The notes beneath the pieces were generated by a model. It had not been told where the DNA came from. It ran no database searches and saw only the letters and a list, made by a program, of their open reading frames with translations. From an uncultured Chloroflexia bacterium (GTDB lineage: Bacteria; Chloroflexota; Anaerolineae; JAAYZQ01), in NCBI GenBank assembly GCA_963700285.1, contig CAVOXA010000010.1, forward strand, positions 1,312,001-1,376,000: a DNA stretch of 64,000 bases, given 5' to 3'. This document shows, one piece after another, positions 60,560-64,000 of this stretch (positions are counted from its first letter, which is position 1; every line of letters starts with the position of its first letter). Made by a program: the position numbers and the translations under genes.

Positions 60560-61918
60560 TCATGGTGCGCCCGTCAGTCTTGTTTGCAGCGCTTCGGCGC
60601 TCCGCTGGATGAGCTGCCGGTCCTCCTCGATCAGCTCGCCGGCCTGGCTTTCCGCCTGGATGAGGCGCACGTGACGCAGCAGCTTCTGGCGCGCCTCAGG
60701 CGTTTTCGCCTCCTGGCCAATGGCATCGATCACCTCCAGCATGTGCAGCAGGACACTGGCATCGTTGCAGCTGGCATGGCGGAGCTTGTCAAAGGCCGCG
60801 CTGAGCAACTCGTCGAAGGTAACCGGCTCGAAAATGAGGCGGAGCTGACCATTCCCGTCGTAGTAATGGCGACTTTTCTCACCCTGGCGGAGGAACAGCG
60901 CCAGACCCTCACCGATGTGATCCAGGCAGGTCATGGCCGTGAAGGGGTCATTGATCGCCGGAGACATGGCGCGTACGGCCATTTCGACGAGCTGGTTCAC
61001 CGCGCACTCGACATCCTGGGTGGGCGTGCGCTGGTTTCCAAGGCGGAAGGCATGTCGAATTTGTTCGGCCCAACGCTCGTCGGCCCGACCGGCGGGCCAA
61101 ACCTGGGCGACCACCGCGCCGCGCCCGACAAAGCGCCCCGGCTGGCGCAGCAAGCGGATGACCAGGTCGTTTTCCCGGGCCAGGGTAAAGATGGTCTCCA
61201 GATCAGCGTATTGGATGTAGCCGGAGTCCCTCACACGAACCGGACAACCATCTGTCTCCAGCAGGGGTTCCGGTGCGCTCTGACCGGTTTGCCTTTGGCT
61301 ATCACCGTCCCAGACCTCATCCGGCATCTCGGCAAGGACCACGTCCCGCAACTGTACGCCCGCCGCAGCCGCGATATTGGGGGCTTGGAGCATGGTGCTG
61401 ATGTGCTGGACGAGCAAGATCAGCGAGGCAAAGGCGGCCATCATCAAGAGCAATCCAAGCGTAGCCGTGAGTTGAGGCCCTCCAGGCTCTATGGGCAGCT
61501 CTATCTCGAGCGGAGGCATGGAAGTGGCAGCCGTGATGCAGTAGACAAACGTAGCCGCAAACATGCCCAGGACGAGTTGGGTGGTGCGATCGCCCAGGAA
61601 AACGCGCAGCAAGCGCGAGCCGTACTGGGCCGCTACGGTCGAAAGGGGCAAGGTGAGCAGCGTGAATACCACCCCGGCGGTGGCCAGGGTGGTGGTGGCA
61701 ATGCTTACCAGGGTTGTGCGCAGTTCACTGATACTGCCCGACAGGACGAGGTTGCTATCCTGTAGCATCTCGTTGGGGATGCGCAGATCTACCCACTGCA
61801 TCGCCCGGGCCAGCACGATCGCTGCCGCAGACATGACCAGTGGGGCGAACCAGAAGCTCACCCTGAGGCGATCCCAGGTATAGCGGACTGTGACCCTTCT
61901 CATGGCGCGTGTTCTCAT
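60560..61918 (-). CDS. DUF2254 family membrane protein
   Basis: SFWFAP, QYGSRLLR, GYIQ, RTPTQD, RAMSPAINDPFTA. Confidence 0.85.
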   Translation of the reverse strand: MRTRAMRRVTVRYTWDRLRVSFWFAPLVMSAAAIVLARAMQWVDLRIPNEMLQDSNLVLSGSISELRTTLVSIATTTLATAGVVFTLLTLPLSTVAAQYGSRLLRVFLGDRTTQLVLGMFAATFVYCITAATSMPPLEIELPIEPGGPQLTATLGLLLMMAAFASLILLVQHISTMLQAPNIAAAAGVQLRDVVLAEMPDEVWDGDSQRQTGQSAPEPLLETDGCPVRVRDSGYIQYADLETIFTLARENDLVIRLLRQPGRFVGRGAVVAQVWPAGRADERWAEQIRHAFRLGNQRTPTQDVECAVNQLVEMAVRAMSPAINDPFTAMTCLDHIGEGLALFLRQGEKSRHYYDGNGQLRLIFEPVTFDELLSAAFDKLRHASCNDASVLLHMLEVIDAIGQEAKTPEARQKLLRHVRLIQAESQAGELIEEDRQLIQRSAEALQTRLTGAP

Positions 61919-62054
61919 GCGGCACCTCTGTTTGGAACGGGATCTCGCTCGCCTGCCGGCGGAACAGGAGGTGTGTGCGCCGGCAGCCAGCCCCGACCCC
62001 ACCTCCAGTCAGTCATTGTTTCCTCTTTTCCGGGTAATTCTTTCGCCGGAGACG

Positions 62055-63768
62055 CTATGTCGTGCCAAAGCGCGCGTGATACGCCGTCACCGCCGCGCGC
62101 ACCGACGGATAGATGCTTTCCTTGCCGATCCGGGTCGTCAAACCCGTCGCCTGCAGGAGGTCACGCAGCGGCCCGTTCGCACGCGCAACCCACAATTCGA
62201 CGCCGAGCCGCTCCAGGCTCGCATCCAGATTCTCCAGCGCCTCCGCCGCCGTCGAATCGAAATCACTGATCGCTTCCGAATCGAGCACAACACATTTTAA
62301 CCCCGCACCGGCGTTGGTGACAAGTTCTTCCAAGCGCTCGGTAAAGAACGCCGCGTTCGCAAATACCAGCGGCGCATCAAATCGATAGACGATCAGTCCG
62401 GGCTCGGTCAGCGTCGTCGTCTTGTCGGCGACGCCGCGATACACGGTGCCGCCGCTGGCGTCCACCTCGTCCAACAGTGCATCGTGCGGCCGCGAGATGT
62501 GATAGATGACGTTGATCAGCGACAGCATCACCGCCACCAGAATGCCCTGCAGGATGCCCACGGTGAGCACGCCGAACGCGGTCACCACCGCCAGCCAGAA
62601 CTCGGCGGGACGCACCTGCCGCAGGAAGCGAAAAGCCGCCACGTCGATCAAGCCGAGCGAAGCGACGATGATGATCGCGCCCAGGGCGACGGTGGGCAGC
62701 GGCGCCAGCAATGGCGTAAGAAAGAGCAGGAAGATGATGGTGAGTGCGGCGGCAATGATCCCCACCCACTGCGATTTGCCGCCCATCTGATCGGCGACGG
62801 ACGTGCGCGACGCGCTGAGTGCGGCCGGAAACCCGGTCAAGAAACCGGCACCGATATTGGCCATACCGATGGCCACGAATTCCTGGTTGGCATCGATCTT
62901 CTGGCCGTGTTTTGCCGCAAAGACACGCGCGGTCAGGATCTCGTCCGCGTAGATCAGGATGGTGAGGGCCAGGGCGGCGGGCAGCAGGGCAAAGATATCT
63001 TGAAGGCTGACAGCCGGAATCGTCAGCCTCGGCAGTCCGGCCGGCACCGCGCCGACGATGGCCACGCCCTTGACCTCCAGATCGAACAGGGCAGAGGCGA
63101 CAATGGCCAGGACGACGACGATGAGCGGGCCGGGCAGCTTACGATTCACGCGGCGCATGATGAGCAGCGCCGCCATGCAGACGACGCCGATGGCGACGGT
63201 GAGCAGGTGCGCTTCGTCAAGGCGGCTAATGAGTTCCGCAACCTGCCGGAAGAACTGGTCGCTCTCCAGCCTGATGCCGAACATCTTGCCCAATTGGCTG
63301 CCGATGACAATAAGCGTCGCGCCAAAGATATAGCCCACCAGGATCGGCTTGGACAAAAAGTCGGTGATGAACCCCAGCCGCGCCACGCGAGCGAGCAGCG
63401 CCAGGACGCCGACAAGGATCGCGGTCAGCGCCGCGAGTGCGGCGTAGCGCGCCGGGTCGCCGCGCGGCCAGCGGCGCAACGGCGGCGGCGGTCATGATGG
63501 CACTCGTCGCTTCAGGCCCCATGACGACTAGGTTGGAGGTGCCAAAGAATGCGTACATCACCATCGCGCCGAGCGCAACGTACAGCCCCGCGACGGGAGT
63601 CACTCCGGCGAGATCGCCATAAGCCATCGCCGATGGCACGAGCACCGCAAACACCGTGACCGCCACAATGAGTTCGGTGCGGAGCAGTGCGGGATTCACG
63701 CCTCGAAAGAGGGCGAGGCCGGGAATGAAACGTGCAATACCGCTGGATGGTGGTGCCGGGTTCTCCAT
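62055..63768 (-). CDS. SulP family anion transporter with STAS domain, one frameshift
   Basis: VPSAMAY..LAG..PVAGLY, RLGFITDFLSKP, NQEF, SRT, YRFDAPLVFANA. Confidence 0.9.
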
Positions 63769-63792
63769 TCATCACCCCTCGTAGTTTGTTTG

Positions 63793-64000
63793 CTACTCTG
63801 CATCCTGGAGAGATTGCGTCTGCCTTTCGGCGCGGCGGGAGGCGAGCAGCACCACGAGCGCGGTCAGCAAGGCGCTGGCACCTACGGCGACGGCAACTAC
63901 GGCCGCGGTTTCCTTTTGCACCAAGACCAACGTAAAGAGCGCCGCGAACAATGGCGCCTTCAAAGCGGCAACAAGTGCGCCCGCCATCGTCGCTGCGACG
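63793..64000 (-). CDS. Chloride channel (ClC)-like membrane protein, C-terminal part (partial)
   Basis: AATMAGALVAALKAPLFAALF resembles the ClC C-terminal helix motif; runs off window end. Confidence 0.55.
   Translation of the reverse strand, partial: VAATMAGALVAALKAPLFAALFTLVLVQKETAAVVAVAVGASALLTALVVLLASRRAERQTQSLQDAE

Noticed and set aside
1-64000. tRNA, rRNA, riboswitch or prophage genes
   Set aside because: None recognisable by eye; a covariance-model search (Rfam/tRNAscan-SE) would be needed to exclude small RNAs

Overview
GC-rich bacterial window, probably Chloroflexota/Anaerolineae (inferred from gene content and repeat types, not proven). Patchy single-base frameshifts suggest an imperfectly polished long-read assembly. 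Layout: (1) 1-12.0 kb, a minus-strand amine/amino-acid catabolic operon (AOR, HcnABC/OoxAB-like flavoproteins, class III aminotransferase, Fe-ADH, PfkB, enolase-superfamily enzyme); (2) higA/higB remnant, XRE-cupin regulator and a divergent Met/Cys lyase-MttB-racemase operon; (3) 17.4-28.2 kb, an accessory island that is the highlight; (4) enolase + second MttB; (5) 31-55 kb, a sugar/nucleoside-type catabolic region (sialidase-fold protein, ABC permeases with a tandem-duplicated binding protein, two FGGY kinases, two DhnA aldolases, 5'-nucleotidase, deaminase, UbiD, AOR, SDRs); (6) minus-strand AI-2E, arylsulfatase, DUF2254, SulP and ClC genes. The island holds an HNH-nuclease gene and two NACHT/STAND-FGE(CLec) receptor genes. 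All three share a Gly-rich amyloid-like motif (GSGxxAQxxSVAAGxGGVAVxxDVxG). The two receptor 3' ends carry a diversity-generating retroelement (DGR) variable-region signature: 18 differences, all at codon positions 1-2, followed by an identical IMH-like tail and a GAA-loop hairpin. No reverse transcriptase or template repeat is in the window. The island also carries a REP-associated tyrosine transposase with 83-bp and 106-bp palindromic tandem arrays. Working hypothesis: trans-DGR-hypermutated NLR-like sensors signalling through an amyloid motif to an HNH nuclease effector.
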